Of a stretch of 64,000 bases of DNA, positions 63,871-64,000 are shown in pieces (within the stretch, counting starts at the first letter, position 1; each line of letters opens with the position of its first letter). The stretch is from Mobula hypostoma (lineage: Eukaryota). The translations under genes were made by a program, and so were the position numbers. The notes under the pieces are model-generated. The model saw only the letters and a program-made list of their open reading frames with translations, made no database searches and was not told the DNA's origin. The stretch spans positions 558,001 to 622,000 of the forward strand of contig NC_086098.1 in assembly GCF_963921235.1 (NCBI RefSeq), read 5' to 3'.

Positions 63871-64000
63871 TGGAGCCCTACTACTCTGACGACTGCTCCG
63901 CTAGACAATGTCTCTTCTTTATTTCAAAGCTTTCTCAGTGTCCTTGCGTCATGATGAGCTACTGTGCCTGCACAGTTCCTGACCTGTGCGAAGCTGACTC

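Overview
Vertebrate-type eukaryotic genomic DNA made almost entirely of nested, mostly decayed retroelements. The repeat content suggests a cartilaginous fish (shark or ray), but that is inference. Contents: many CR1-clade LINE copies (zinc-finger/coiled-coil/SGNH-esterase ORF1, APE-RT ORF2, microsatellite tails), including a near full-length one at 42659-47090; Rex1/Babar-like LINEs; a full-length L1-clade LINE (30075-40159) carrying a complete CsRn1-like Gypsy LTR element (31830-36165); three solo LTRs; and Penelope-like (GIY-YIG) remnants. No host gene is securely identified; there is one candidate 56-nt exon. Two signals stand out. (1) CR1 ORF1 ends on a canonical -1 slippery heptamer (T TTA AAC/AAT + stop) in 6 of 7 copies, with ORF2 in the -1 frame and, in the best copy, no AUG, which suggests programmed -1 frameshifting to an ORF1-ORF2 fusion. 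(2) A family of tiny Penelope-derived insertions carries a minimal hammerhead ribozyme, shares a 3' end and has 12-13 bp TSDs. Boundaries were read by eye and are approximate unless a TSD is quoted.
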